Assembly: GCA_951406725.2 (NCBI GenBank)
Contig: OX597815.1
Span: 95,356,001 to 95,420,000, forward strand
DNA from: Octopus vulgaris
Lineage: Eukaryota
Length of the DNA: 64,000 nucleotides
Direction: 5' to 3'
Below are positions 1 through 13,779 of this stretch, piece after piece. A program made the translations under genes and the position numbers. The notes under the pieces were generated by a model, which was given only the letters and a program-made list of their open reading frames with translations, was not told the DNA's origin and made no database searches. The stretch's first letter is position 1; each line of letters opens with the position of its first letter.

Positions 1-229
1 GACATATACAGATATACAGAGTATATCAGCATCTTAAATCTGTTGTAATACTTACAACATTTAATAAAATGATGTAGTACGAAACGATTGTACCAAATTA
101 CCGGACTCATTCTTGTTGCTTATTTTGATTATAATCACCCCACAAATTTTTATGAATAACACCATACGAAATACTGGTGCATCTAAATTAAATACCATAT
201 TTATTTGATTCTAAATTTTTGCTGAACTT

Positions 230-362
230 ATATATATATATATATATATATTTAAACATATGTATCACAATCTCATCTCTACTACGTAATGGTTGTGTCT
301 ATATATCTATCTCTCTATCTACAATATATATATATGTGTGTATACATACATATATATGTGTA

Positions 363-416
<54 letters not shown>
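230..416. repeat. (TA)n / mixed TA-TG microsatellite
   Basis: Direct reading; source of the spurious IYIY ORFs. Confidence 0.95.
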
Positions 417-422
<6 letters not shown>

Positions 423-451
423 AAATACATGTATATATATAACTCAGAAAA

Positions 452-1340
452 CTTAGATATGTTTCGATTAAAGGCTGGTCCAGGCCATATCTGCTTTAAT
501 AGTACCACCTCATGGGATTAGCTAAATCTTTTTAAAGTCAAGTTTTGTGGTACCATGGGCCACTCGAGTAGGGTGTTCTTGTTGTGTGAGTTGTATTCAG
601 GTAAGAGTGGCTTATCTGGAATTCCTTGAAGAAATGTGTCCAGGTTACGTTTAAAGATGATGTGATTCTCTTTTTTCTTTGATCTTTTTGGGGACAATGC
701 TAGATAGGGAAGAGCCTGTAGGGCGAAAAGTAATTGTGTTGCACTGTCTTTCTGTGTTGGGTAGGGGACGTATGGCACGTGGTCCTACCCTTCGATGAAT
801 TTTGAAGCTAATGTTGAGTTCGTTCGGGCAATGCTTGTGGTATAATCTCTATACAGTGCAAATGACGTATAGCTTACGACGGCACTGGAAAGAATATAGT
901 TCCGGTGCATTAAAGCAATCCCAATAATTAAGATCAGTCATGCTCTTAATTCTTTTAGGGAAAGACATCTAGAGGTGATTCAGTTTCTTAAATGTTTTCT
1001 TTTGTATAGCAAGATGACAGGGGGCAGCGGTATTCGAGGTGTGGCCGTACAAAAAATGAGAAAAGAAGACTGATGACATCTTGTTCTCTGGATCGGAAGG
1101 TTCTTAGGATGCAGGAGCTCATCCTACGAGTTATATCGACGTTAATGTTGATGTGGATAATCTACCTGAGATTGTTATCAACAATTACTTCTAGGTTTGC
1201 GATATTATTAGATGCTATGAGTAGTTCCACGGAAGGAGGAGCGTATAGCTGTTTTAGTACAGACTTTCTTCCAAAATGCATCAGTTCAAATTTTCCCTCG
1301 TTTAGTCACATTTGGTTTTATCTACCCATTGATTCACATC
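452..1340 (-). mobile_element. CR1/L2-group LINE, degraded 3' fragment (RT C-terminus plus 3' UTR)
   Basis: Minus strand reads FVRPHLEYRCP (~1022-1055) and FKRNLDTFLQGIPDKP (ORF 518..778). The 3' UTR aggtggtactattaaa...gaaacatatctaag is shared with copies at ~36.9 kb and ~39.4 kb. Confidence 0.7.
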
Positions 1341-1529
1341 ATGTAGATCAGACTAGAGTTCAGTTCGTTCTTCTTCTTCATTCATAATTTTCTGGAGATT
1401 AGAGTCATCTGCGAATATTTTCATTTTGCTCTGCTTTACCACGGTGGAAAGTTCGTTTATATAGACTATAAAGAGAAGCGGGCCCAAGATAGTCCACCGA
1501 GGGAAACCACTGGTGACATTTGACTAGTT

Positions 1530-1739
<210 letters not shown>

Positions 1740-2902
1740 GACACAGGCACATAGATACACACACATATATAACGCAATTGTTAGAGATATTAAACAAAGC
1801 AAATTGAAAATTATTCTTTTCAGCACCAAGTTATCCACTAATAAACAGGTCATACTTCCCATGTAACATAAAATTTGAATCTATATATTGCATAGTTCAT
1901 GATCCACATGTTGAGCTGGCAACGTGTATGACACGTTCTTAGAAGCTAACCAGGCAGTTCAACTCATAATACTAGACTACATGAAATAAAATTTGAAAAA
2001 CATTAGTTGACAGCTGTAGTATGTTTTATAGAAATTCATAAACATGGGAAGTATAATTCTGGGCGCTTTACTTTTGCAAAAATGAAACCAAAAATCAATG
2101 CAATGATACAACGCACGTAAAATGAAATTTAGGAAAACTAAAGCGTTGTATTATTAAAATTCGTCGTTTATGATTTTATGAATTATTGCAATATTAACAA
2201 TCATCTTTTGCGAACCTCTGCAAATATTATGAACAGCATTTCATTATTATAGAGTGGTATATTTCATTATCATTTGTATAACGCTCTGTCTGTTTGATAC
2301 AGGGATGTAGGACACATTTTAAAAGAAAGCTTTTATAGCAGAAAATAACTAAAAACCCATCTGAATTTTCGCTCTTGAATTGTCAATTGTCGTTGAAAAT
2401 CTCGATCAAACTATTGGTGAAATAAATTTGTGCCTCAAGTTTAAGAAATGATAACATACAATAATGATATATAGTAAGAAAATTCACATAACACTTAGTT
2501 ACATAGCTTAATGGAACAGTCTGACAACTAAAATTTTGGATAAATGAATGTTATGTACGGCTTTTGTTACTGACTTTTGTTACTAGAATAAATGTGTTTG
2601 AAGTAGGAAATAAATTTATGTGAGATTTCATGATTGTACGTGACAACAATATTTGAATAACACATATACAACTAAAACAATATATTTCGAAAATCAATAA
2701 TATTTAAGATACATAGATTTTTATTATTTTTTCTATCGGATAAAATATCTTATTTGATTCACACCAGCTGACTATATGAACAATAAATATAACATTTTTT
2801 GTCATTATTTGGCATTTCGTAAATTTTAATGTCAAAGTTCACATCTTTTCTCTTTACACGTTTATATGTACAATAAGCTTCTATGTAAATACACACACAT
2901 AC

Positions 2903-2934
<32 letters not shown>

Positions 2935-3653
2935 GAAAACCTCTAGACTCATAATGTTTTGCATATAAGCATGTATTGTACAATAAATATATGCTATATA
3001 TTAAAATCTTCCAAATACTTTCAATTTTAAGTTATTATCATATGAAAATGAAGCATTTTTGTATTAGGTTATTCTACATCAATAATTCTTCTTCATATTC
3101 CTAAACACAATTTGCACATGATCGAATTCCAAATGAATTAAATATAGGTGTTATTCTTGCGCACATAGCAATTGCGTAGTTGCTCCCACATATACAAATA
3201 TACAGGTACAAACACACAAATAATAGCGAATTCAATATAATTTAGTATGAAACTAATATTAACTCATGTTATTGTATAATAATATCTTTTAGCAATTGAT
3301 AGTATGATTCATAATAAATATTCATGTGCACGGACAACAGAGAACGTCAAGAAATTGATGTACATATTTATTCTTATTATTTTCCGGTATATTCGACGTA
3401 AATATGCTAATCAGTGCTGTTTTGTCTGTAGAGGACAACTTTTTCTTGTAGACAATGTGTGTTGACAACACACTCGATTAATTTCAACCTGGTTGTGTCT
3501 CTTCAATCAAAGCTACACTCGCCTCAATAAACCTACACCAGCATTTCGGCTCTTTTTTATGGAAATTAGTAAACATTATTTGATGATAAGTGGTGATGTC
3601 CTCCAAAACGCTATTAAATCATACCCTGCAAGGAAAATACCAAAGATCACAAA

Positions 3654-3687
<34 letters not shown>

Positions 3688-3906
3688 GAAAAGAAAAAGA
3701 AAACAACAAAAAATAAAAGGAAAAGCGATGTGCAATGTCATTCTTAAAACCTTCCGGTAGGTACAATCATCAATATGCTAATTACTGCTGTATTTGAATC
3801 TGTTGGAACGAATACGGCAGAGATTGATTGAATATGTTCGTCATTGATTTCATTCTTGCTACTTTTTCTGCAGTTGACTGCTAAAATTATATATATGTAT
3901 GTAAAT

Positions 3907-3946
<40 letters not shown>

Positions 3947-3957
3947 GCATACATGTA

Positions 3958-4006
<49 letters not shown>

Positions 4007-4029
4007 ATAGATATACATATATATAATTT

Positions 4030-4800
4030 TACCACCTCTGAGATATCCGCCACAGCAATGACACCCCGGTCTCACGCCATTTCCGCTCTACCGGTCAATC
4101 TTTGCAACACCTGTCCGTGTTCGTATTGTCCTTGCACAGGGGCCATCCGAACTCCCGTTTGCGACGTGAACAGGGATTAGTCATCTCTTTTCGCTCCTTT
4201 GCGCCACATGGGGTCAACTCTCCTTCCTACCACAACTTCCCTATCCGTCCCATCCCAAACCACCCAATCCCTTACACCCTCACCCACATACCTCACCTCT
4301 ACCCACCCTCGGCCTACCCACATATCCCACCTCTACCCCACCCTCAGTCTAACCCACGCTCCACCCGTGCTTTCCCCACGCTCGCCTAGCCATCTCCCAA
4401 CACCATCATACCACACCACACAACACACCACGCACACAACACACTGACAAATTCAGATCCCCACATTTTCACACCTACACATACACACACGCACACGTCA
4501 AGATCACCAGCCTTCTTTCACACGCACATACGTACTCCCTTACAAACATGCGCACCTTTGTTTTGGGTTCACTTCTAATTTGTTATCTCCCCTTCTTCTT
4601 AGTTCTCCTGTGACCCTTCAGTCCGGCATTCGACATGGTAGCTTGATAGTCACTCCACACATTTCCTCCATCCTTGTTTCTTTCTGTGTTCCTTTCTATG
4701 GAAGAACGTAGGCTCGAAACATTACAGACTTTTTTCAATTCCCGAGCGTTATACTAATACATCTGTTTGTTTTCTACATCGACTGTATTTATCTTTTGTG
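4030..4800 (+). mobile_element. Penelope-like element 3' fragment (GIY-YIG endonuclease C-terminus plus UTR with degenerate hammerhead)
   Basis: Reads DIRHSNDTPVSRHF...LSVFVL...RLRREQGLVISFRSFAPHGVN, matching the PVxxHF...RxxxExxxI...PxGxN tail of PLE GIY-YIG domains. The UTR has ctatggaagaacgtaggctcgaaac (~4696-4720), homologous to the hammerhead at 13990. Confidence 0.65.
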
Positions 4801-6034
4801 TAGGTCATCCCATAAGTTCTGTCCTATGAAATTTAATAGTATTTTAGAATGTTTAATGGAATTAAAAATTATTTTTATGCCTTTGTGTACAATTAAGCTA
4901 GAATAAAAATTTGTTTGATTAAAACCCTTTCTAACATGGAAGTATCTAAAGACCATTTAAGGCACATTATGCTTTGTGAGTACAAAAAAGGAAACTCTGC
5001 AGCCGAAGCGACTCGGAACATAAACTCAGTTTGTGGGAAAGAATGCTTGAATGAAAGAACTTGCAAAAGATGGTTTGCGAAATTCAAAAGTGGAGATTTT
5101 CAGCGTTGAAGGTAAAGATTGAACAGGACGTCCATTTGATTTTGCTGATAAGCTCTTTGAGGCATTGCTTGAAAAAAAGTCTGCATTATCAATTGAAGAA
5201 TTGGCAATAAAGCTTAGATCAAACCATGCAACTGTTTATCGTCATCCTCAATAACTTGGAAAATTTCCTAAACTTGGAAATCGGGTGCCTCATAAATTGG
5301 CCGAAAGCAACCGCAAAACCCGAGTTGACATCTGCTCTTCTCTCCATTCTAGCGAACTCATTTCAACCTTTTTGGATAGACTTGTGACTGGTGATGAAAA
5401 ATGGATTTTCTATCGAAATGTTAGACGTCATAAACAGTGGCTTGGTAAAAGGGAAATAGCTCAACCACAACCGAGAAGGGAACTTCATGGAAAAATGGTT
5501 CTTCTGTATATCTGGTGGGATTGCAAAGGAGTAATTCACTTTGAATTGTTACTACCTAATACAACAATCAATACTCAAGTCTACTGTCAGCAATTAGAGT
5601 GTTTGAACCAAGCTTTGAATAAAAAAGGCCCACTTTAGTGAATCGGAAAGGAGTGATGTTTCCTCAGGATAATGCGCGATGCTACACTGCAAAGATCTCA
5701 TCACATTAGATTGAAGAGCTTAGTTGGGAATACATTCCTCATCCACCTAATTCTCGCGTCCTTGCTCGTTCAGACTACCATTTGTTTTGTAGTTTATGCA
5801 GTCATTTGGGGGACATAACTTTCGCAAGCCAGGAGGAGGTCGAAACTGACATTTCAGAGTTCTTCGCATTGAAACCAAAAGAGTTTTACATTGACGGGAT
5901 TAAAAAGCTTGTAAATAGATGGAAGGAAGGCACTGATAATCAGGGAAAGTACATTGATGATTAAATTTCAATTAAATATAACATCTGACCACTTCTTTTC
6001 GTTATTTAAAATAGGACAGACCTTATGGGATGAC

Positions 6035-6038
<4 letters not shown>
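4801..6038 (+). mobile_element. Tc1/mariner (mariner, DD34D-type) DNA transposon, full length but decayed
   Basis: TIRs aggtcatcccataagttctgtcctat (4802-4827) and ataggacagaccttatgggatgacct (6011-6036); TA on the right flank; ~1.24 kb. Confidence 0.92.
4936..5964 (+). pseudogene. mariner transposase pseudogene
   Basis: HTH segment (WFAKFKSGDF), VPHKL, VTGDEKW, QDNA and SDYHLF motifs spread over ORFs 4915..5109, 5285..5638 and 5782..5964, with frameshifts and stops. Confidence 0.9.
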
Positions 6039-6082
<44 letters not shown>

Positions 6083-7482
6083 TTGCAAAGATAATCTGGA
6101 ACTCGATTGAAGAAAGAAAACTCCGAATTACCCGTCCCTGTTTTCTATCAGAATGTTTTGCGTTCTTGTCCCATTTTGTACTTTTTATATATAAAACATA
6201 TAGCGGCGTACGTACACTTTGCTCTCTTAATTAATGGAATTGTTTGCTAACGAAAAATGAAAAATAACTCGTTTTAGCGCCACGACGGATAGCTAAAACG
6301 ACCGGCTGCAACTCGCACATAATAAATCTCATCATTCATTGTATACTATATATAATTTTGTTTGTAGAACATTGTTCGTAATGAGAAGACAGAATGGTTG
6401 CAGCTAGAATGCTATGGTAATAATCTCTTCAACCCAAGAACCTTACGTAACTCAACAACAAGAAAGCAAAAGGAAAAAAGCAACAGCAATAATCTAACTT
6501 TCGAAGTTGAATTCTGTATGATCTTGATGAACATTTCATTTCTAGGTGAAATAAATAAACATCTAAAATCGGTAGGGGTCTCGATTAAGATGATATATGA
6601 TATATCACAAAATAATAAGCTTTGTCATATAAATATTTTAAAAGCAGAATTCTATAGTAATCAGGTTTTCAACATTGGCAGTAAAGGTCATCAGTTAGTC
6701 TAATGCATCGCAAAAGTTAGTCTAATGCATCGCAAAACAAAGTGAGACGTTTGATGTAATTAACGAATACATTTTCATTTGCATGAAGAGCAAAAAACAT
6801 GTATAAGCACGCATTTCTATAAGAAAGAAAATTTAATATCTATTTGAGAAATATCACAAACATGTAATTCTGTTCGCTAGGCATTGGTAATAATTCCTCT
6901 AATCTTACTACATTGTTAGATATTTAATTAGGAGTCACAGTATGATTATAAAGAATATAAAATCATATAAGATAATGAGTATTTTAACTTAGCAAAAATA
7001 AACATACATATGAAAATGAATGTGTTTTAACTATGTTAACTTTCTATGAGATATTATTAACACATATCCAGTCTGTGTGTCCTTAAGTGAAAAAGATAAG
7101 TAATTTTAAATGCGAATAGTTATCGAGACAGCGAACACGTTTCAGTAAGTGAAACTGAAAGCTAAAAACGATTAATTAAAATGATATTTAATTTATTACC
7201 CACTCATTGAGAATGTTGATATTATTCATAACAATAGTGAATCGCAACAATATCAGTTATACACATGTGCTCCCTCACGAGTCGCATACACACATACACA
7301 CACACACACACGCACGCACACACACAGACACACTAAAAATCACTTACGTTCTCTTTCTCTCTCACACACATACACTCATACACAAATCCAAACCGACAAA
7401 TACAGATATAAATAGATAATGCATCCATACGTACATTCAAACACATACACATATTTATACAAATATCAATAATAATAGTTAA

Positions 7483-7488
7483 ATGATG

Positions 7489-7571
<83 letters not shown>

Positions 7572-7582
7572 TATAATAATAA
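7483..7582. repeat. (TAA)n array, 5' flank of Dong-like LINE
   Basis: Direct reading. Confidence 0.95.
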
Positions 7583-10500
7583 CAACCTACAATCCGCGAT
7601 GGTCGACGAGCGGACTACAAAAGACCACGTACCCGAAAATTGAACCAAAGTCTGATTGAAAAATCAGCTACTGGATCAAATCTCCCCGACACACAGGAGC
7701 TGGACGTACCCCGCAACTGGAATATTCCAACAGATGGCCATCCATGCTCGTCACCAAACACTCAAAAGAAAAAGAAGGAAAAATGGACTAGAGAAGATAA
7801 TAAAGAAGTTCTTGCAGCCTTCTATCATGCCATATATTTCCCCACAGATAAATTGAACACTATACAAACCTACACTATACAAACTTGCCAACGTCAGAAG
7901 AAACATTATAAAAAAAAATTACTGACTGAAGTAGAGATTGATCAAATTAAACAAGCAGTAACGGATAGAATGAACGAAGCTGCAGCTAAAGAAGATAATA
8001 CAAAGGAAATAATTATAGACCAGCTCAGAGCTAATACAAACGAAGTGAGGATTGAAAGAGTTAGTATAAGTGATAGGCAAAGTGAAATACTCCCTGAACC
8101 AAATATAAACACTAAGACAGATGAACATCTAATAGATGAAGAAAGTCACACAAATATTGACCCGACAGAACTACATGAGCTAAAAAGTCAAATCATGATT
8201 GAATGGCTGAAAATGAAAGAAACCAGTATGGATGAACGTGATACACTCCCTAAAATACGCAAATCTAACCAAAACATGAAAATAATTGGTAAAATCCGGC
8301 TTGCACTTAAGGATATAATTTCAGCTAATGATGTTGATATCACAGATCTCAACCACCTATACTATGCATCCGCGAAAATCTCAACAATCCTATGTGGTGA
8401 AAAGATTAGAAAACGGCAACATTTCCACAAAAAGCCTTCTTGGCAAGAGCGTTTGAAACAACAAATTAAACTATTTAGATCTGACATTAAATATTTGAAA
8501 AACCTTAAGGTTCATAAGACTACCAAACCTGCAAAAACCCAAAAACTAATGAAAAAATATAATATGAAAACTATACTTGATATTGATGCCACCATAGAGA
8601 CCATCAAACAAAAGGTATCTGCTAAAGCTGCCCGCATAGCGAGGTATGAAAAGCGTATTAGATTCTTCAGGGACGACAACATGTTCAAAAATAACCCCAA
8701 ACATTTTTACAGGAAGATAGGAAAAACAACAGTTACTGTAAAGTCTGTACCATCAAAAGAAGAAGTGCAGGGATTTTGGAATAAAATTTGGGCAGAAGAA
8801 AAAACACACAGCGAAAAGGCCCCCTGGATTGATATAATATCTAAAGAACTGGACTCCTTAGAAGAGCAAAAGTGGGAGGGTGTCAAGGTAGAAGATATAA
8901 GATCTGCTCTCAGGAGGTCAAGCAAATGGAAGTCTCCAGGAAAGGATAAAATCCCTAACTTTTGGTTGAATGCCTTCCCAGAGAGCCATGAACTGATGGC
9001 AGAACTTTACAATGATGTTTTGCAACACCCTAGTAGGATGCCTCCTTGGCTAGTTAATGGGTTAACATTCCTGCTTCCAAAAAGTGAAGAAACAAATGAA
9101 CCCAAAAACTATAGACCCATAACCTGCTTAACAACTATGTATAAAACACTAACATCTGTCCTGACGGAATATACCTATAGTTTTTTGACAGACAGCAGCA
9201 TATTCCCTAATGAACAGAAAGGATGTAAACGTGGATCCTACGGTTGTAAAGATCAACTACTCATCAATAAGATGATCTTAGAAGATTGTCACAAACGACA
9301 CAAAAACTTATCAATAGCCTGGATAGACTATAAAAAGGCTTTTGATAGCCTACCACATAGCTGGATTAATAAATGCCTAGAAATGTATAAGATAGCACCT
9401 GCTCTGCGAAACTTTTTGTCTGTAAGTATGAGATCATGGAGAACCACACTAACTTTGAACAGTGACAATGAATCTCTAAATGCTGGTGATGTAAAAATTT
9501 CATGTGGCATTTTCCAGGGTGACTCACTATCACCGCTCCTCTTCTGTTTAGCCTTAATACCTCTCTCAAAACAGCTCAATGACGCGCAGTACGGATATAA
9601 AATGTTTCATAAAAATATAAATCATCTCATTTACATGGATGATTTAAAGCTCTTTGCAAAAAATGACCAACAACTCAAGGGCTTACTAGCGATTGTCAAA
9701 CAATTCAGTGATGACATCAGAATGCAATTTGGCCTCGATAAATGCGCAAAAGCTACCTTTATCAAAGGAAAAATGACAGAAACATCTAACGTTAACCTTG
9801 ATCAGCAGAATGTCATAAAAGAATTAGACCCAGCAGAGAACTACAAGTATCTAGGGGTAATTGAAGGAGAAGGAATAAGACATTCAGAGATGAAGGAAAG
9901 GGTCAGGAGAGAATGCTATCGCAGAGTAAGAGCAATACTCAAGACAGAGCTGAATGCGAGAAACAGGATCGAAGCGATCAATGCATTAGCCATACCAGTC
10001 GTGACTTACAGTTTCAGTATCGTTAACTGGTCAATTACTGAAATATGTAATCTTGACAGAAAAATACGAAAACTGTTGACAATGCATAGAATGCACCACC
10101 CTAAGGCAGATACAGAACGACTTTATCTGCCAAGAAAAGAGGGAGGCCGTGGACTTTTACAACTGGCAGTGACAATGAAGATTGCTACAATTGGCCTAGA
10201 CACCTACCTGAAAAACTCTGAGGACTGGATGTTAAAACTTGTCTCAAAACATGAAAACAAGAAAGCATCATACTCAGTAACAAAACAGGCAAAGGAATAT
10301 CTAAGTGAATTCCGAATACAACAAATTTCGGAATTAGAGATAGACATACAAGAAACAGGCACAGAAAAAGCCAAGCGCATGAAAACCCGTGCTAAATCTG
10401 CGGCCTTAGATATTCTGAATGATAAATGGCAAGAAAAACCTCTCTATGGCAAATACCCAAAGAGAGCAAATAATGCAGATGTTGACAAAGCCCTGACCCA

Positions 10501-11395
10501 TCAATGGCTAATGGCCTCTGGCTTAAAATCTGAAACAGAGTGGTTTATCATAGCAGCTCAAGATCAATGCCTACCAACAAGAAACTACCAGGCCAACATA
10601 TTAAAGATCAGAAGCAGTCTAACGTGTCGTGTATGCAAGCAACAAAATGAAACCATTGACCATGTGGTCTCCAAGTGCAGTCTTCTAGCGCCTACAGAGT
10701 ATCTCAACAGGCACGATAGAGCTGCACAATACATTCACTGGGTAATCTGTAAAAACCTGGATTTGCCCCATGAAAAAAACTGGTGGGAACACAAACCACC
10801 CCCAGTGCTTGAAAATGACCACATCTCACTCCTCTGGAACTTCACCATTCAACTGACAGAAATATACATGCAAATAGGCCAGACATCATATTGAAAGACT
10901 TCAAACAAAGAACATGCCTCCTCATTGATATGACTGTCCCAATCGATATAAACGTATCTGTCAAGACCTACCAAAAACTGAGCAAATATAAAGATCTTGA
11001 AATAGAAATCAGCAAAATGTGGAAGCTGAAGACTAAAACAATACCTGTTGTCATAGGTGCCCTGGGAATGATAGCAAAAGGGGCTGATAGCTACCTAACT
11101 CAGATACCAGGAAACCCCAAAATGGCAGAAATTCAAAAGATAGTGCTCATAGGAACTGCTCATTTCCTACGCAAAATACTTTCTATGTAATCTCAAGGTT
11201 TAAAACAAACATAATTTTCGGTTTAAAAAAAAACAAACTTTTTTTTAGACATTCATTAGTACAACACCCCCACCCCCCAAATATATGGCACACTAGGCAT
11301 AACAACAACATGAACATCCAACCCTGTTGTCTCTTGAGGTCTCTGGGTGAGACTTGGAGTCAACTTGTACAAATATAAAGCAAAAGTCAAACATA

Positions 11396-11398
<3 letters not shown>
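7583..11398 (+). mobile_element. R4/Dong-like non-LTR retrotransposon (RT plus restriction-like endonuclease), near full length, family A
   Basis: Single long ORF with RT and C-terminal zinc knuckle/REL domain; ~200-bp 3' UTR; (TAA)n arrays on both sides, the known target of Dong elements. Confidence 0.92.
7640..11190 (+). pseudogene. RT-REL polyprotein with a frameshift near 10850
   Basis: ORF 7640..10894 has KSPGKD, NYRPITCL, AWIDYKKAFD, GIFQGDSLSP, YMDD and CRVCKQQNETIDHVVSKC. It continues in another frame as (N)RPDIILKD...LLIDMTVP...KLSKY (10891..11190). Confidence 0.9.

Positions 11399-11472
<74 letters not shown>
11398..11472. repeat. (TAA)n array, 3' flank of Dong-like LINE
   Basis: Direct reading. 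Confidence 0.95.
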
Positions 11473-11473
<1 letters not shown>

Positions 11474-11525
11474 GGATTAGTACGAAGTAATTACCATTAA
11501 TTCCTGTTTATGTTATCTTTAGTTC

Positions 11526-11573
<48 letters not shown>

Positions 11574-11749
11574 CTTCAAATAGACCCACACATGGTTCTA
11601 TTGCATCCATTAGTAACAATTACCATTCGTATGAATATATATATATATATATATATATATGTGCATGTGTGTGTGTGCGTGCGTGGGTGTATGCGTGTAT
11701 GTGTGTGTATGTATGTATATATGTGTGTATGTATTTCTAATGAAGTAAT

Positions 11750-12330
11750 CGTTTATAGTTTATTGAATTTTCATAAACAAATGTTGTTGTAAACGTGTGT
11801 GTATTGATTTAAACCACTATTTGATATGTAACTTTTTAAATATACCATTCTTTTGAAACTACACCACTACTATATTTAGATAAAAAGCTGTTTATCTTTT
11901 TTCGTTGTTTATTGAATCTAAAGTATTTTGATAATTGTTACTAATGGTGTTTGTTACCAGGGTACTATATGTGTGCTTTGTTTTATCGCCTTTTATCATT
12001 ACGTTATTTGGTTCTTAGATGTTCAATAGATTTTTTTTTACTTTTTATCAATTTTTGCGGGAGCTCTTGTTTACTTTCTTGAATGTTATGTGTTGCACCA
12101 TTGCGAGTTTTCGAAATTTTCAAAGAGTTCTTTGAATAACGGATATTTATTCATTTTGAATCCAAAATGTTTCTCCTTTTTTTTTAATCTTCTTTATAGA
12201 AGAATTCTGCTTTGAAGCATATTCTTTTGTGCGGAGCAAAAATTATTTACGGAAATGTTTGCGTACAGATATACAGGTGTTTTAGTGGAGAAATCTAACG
12301 TGTAATTGCTTATCTTTCAAGGAAATCTGC
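11750..12330 (-). mobile_element. Highly degraded Penelope-like element remnant (RT thumb to GIY-YIG)
   Basis: Broken minus-strand peptides RICFKAEFFYKE, MNKYP, SKYSSGVV and SIHTRLQQH occur in the expected PLE order; many frameshifts. Confidence 0.4.
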
Positions 12331-13675
12331 GTATATCAGGATATGAATACAAAGGTATCTACAATTCAATTATTTTCAAACTTAGCTATCCACACTTAGC
12401 AAACCACTTACATCGATTAATAATAATAACCAAACCATATTCAATTGAAACTATAATAAATCTGAATAATATCAAATATAACTACTCATTTATGTCATCT
12501 CATGTATAAATGTCCCCTCATGTATAAATGACATGAAAACAATATATTTGTTATTAAACAACTGTTAAATCGAAACGGTGTAGGTTATATTCAATAACTA
12601 GCAAAACAATTTTAAATGGTGGCATTATTAAATAACAAAGATGGAGCGTAAGTCGTATGTTTATCATATGAACGGCTTTTCTCTGTTCGAAGAAACACAT
12701 TCATCACAAGATACGAGAGACATATTATATATATACAGAGAGAGAGAGAATGTGTGTGCGTAAGAGGGAGAGGGATAAAGATAGATAGATAGAAATGTAT
12801 ATAGAGATAGAAATAGTGTGAATGAAAGAGAGAAAGGGAGAGATATCCTGCAATGTCCATCGACGAATTAGAAACAATAGCTCCATTCGTCTCAAAGTGA
12901 AGAGTTTACATAAGATAATATGATCTTTAACACGCTGCATCTGAATACAGCATGTGACGCTTACTATTTGAACACAAGCGATTGTCTACTCGACAAAAGC
13001 TGATCCAATGGGAATGAAATATGTTCTCTTAATTTATTGTTCAATTATTCCTTGATCAATGGAAGCCTGTATAATGCTAAACATTTGTGGTAATGTCAAT
13101 TTGTGTCCTCATGTGCCTGCTGAAATCAATGTAGGGCAAGTGCTGTGATCACTGCAACTTTTGAGCAAGGACAATTTATCCGCTTTTCTCTCGAAAAAAA
13201 AAACTCATTTTTTCTTCATGTAATGGCATGCCAATTCCAAAGGTGAAACTAATTACAACCAAATGCTTACTTACAACCTCTGAAAGTGAAGATAATTTCA
13301 ATAAATAATATATATATATATATATATACTTGAGATGATAATTTGTTTTCGAACGCAGAGACGCCGTTACAACAGCAGAAACAATGGTTAACCTGCCCTT
13401 ACAATTCTTAAAAATTTGTCAACAATCGACCATGAGACTTGAATACGTATCTCTTGAAAGCTCCGGCTAGGTGTATTGGGCTAGACTGCCCGCTGACAAA
13501 TCAATCCACATTTTAGAGGCTTTCAAAAATAAATGTGCAACCACGTTTATATAAATATAAACAAACTAATATTTGCTTTTTTCATAAAAGCCAAAATGGA
13601 TTTTTAGACGGTATGTGCTTGCATAATACAAACCCACGCATATACATGATACATATGCACGTATAAAAAACATAT

Positions 13676-13731
<56 letters not shown>

Positions 13732-13779
13732 GTATGCATGTATGTATATATATGAGCAGTCACACTTACACATGCACAC

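Noticed and set aside
6650-6700. CTGATGA...GAAA on the minus strand
   Set aside because: No convincing stem I or stem II; chance match.
6694-6737. 22-bp tandem duplication gttagtctaatgcatcgcaaaa
   Set aside because: Ordinary slippage duplication; not a CRISPR-like repeat-spacer array.
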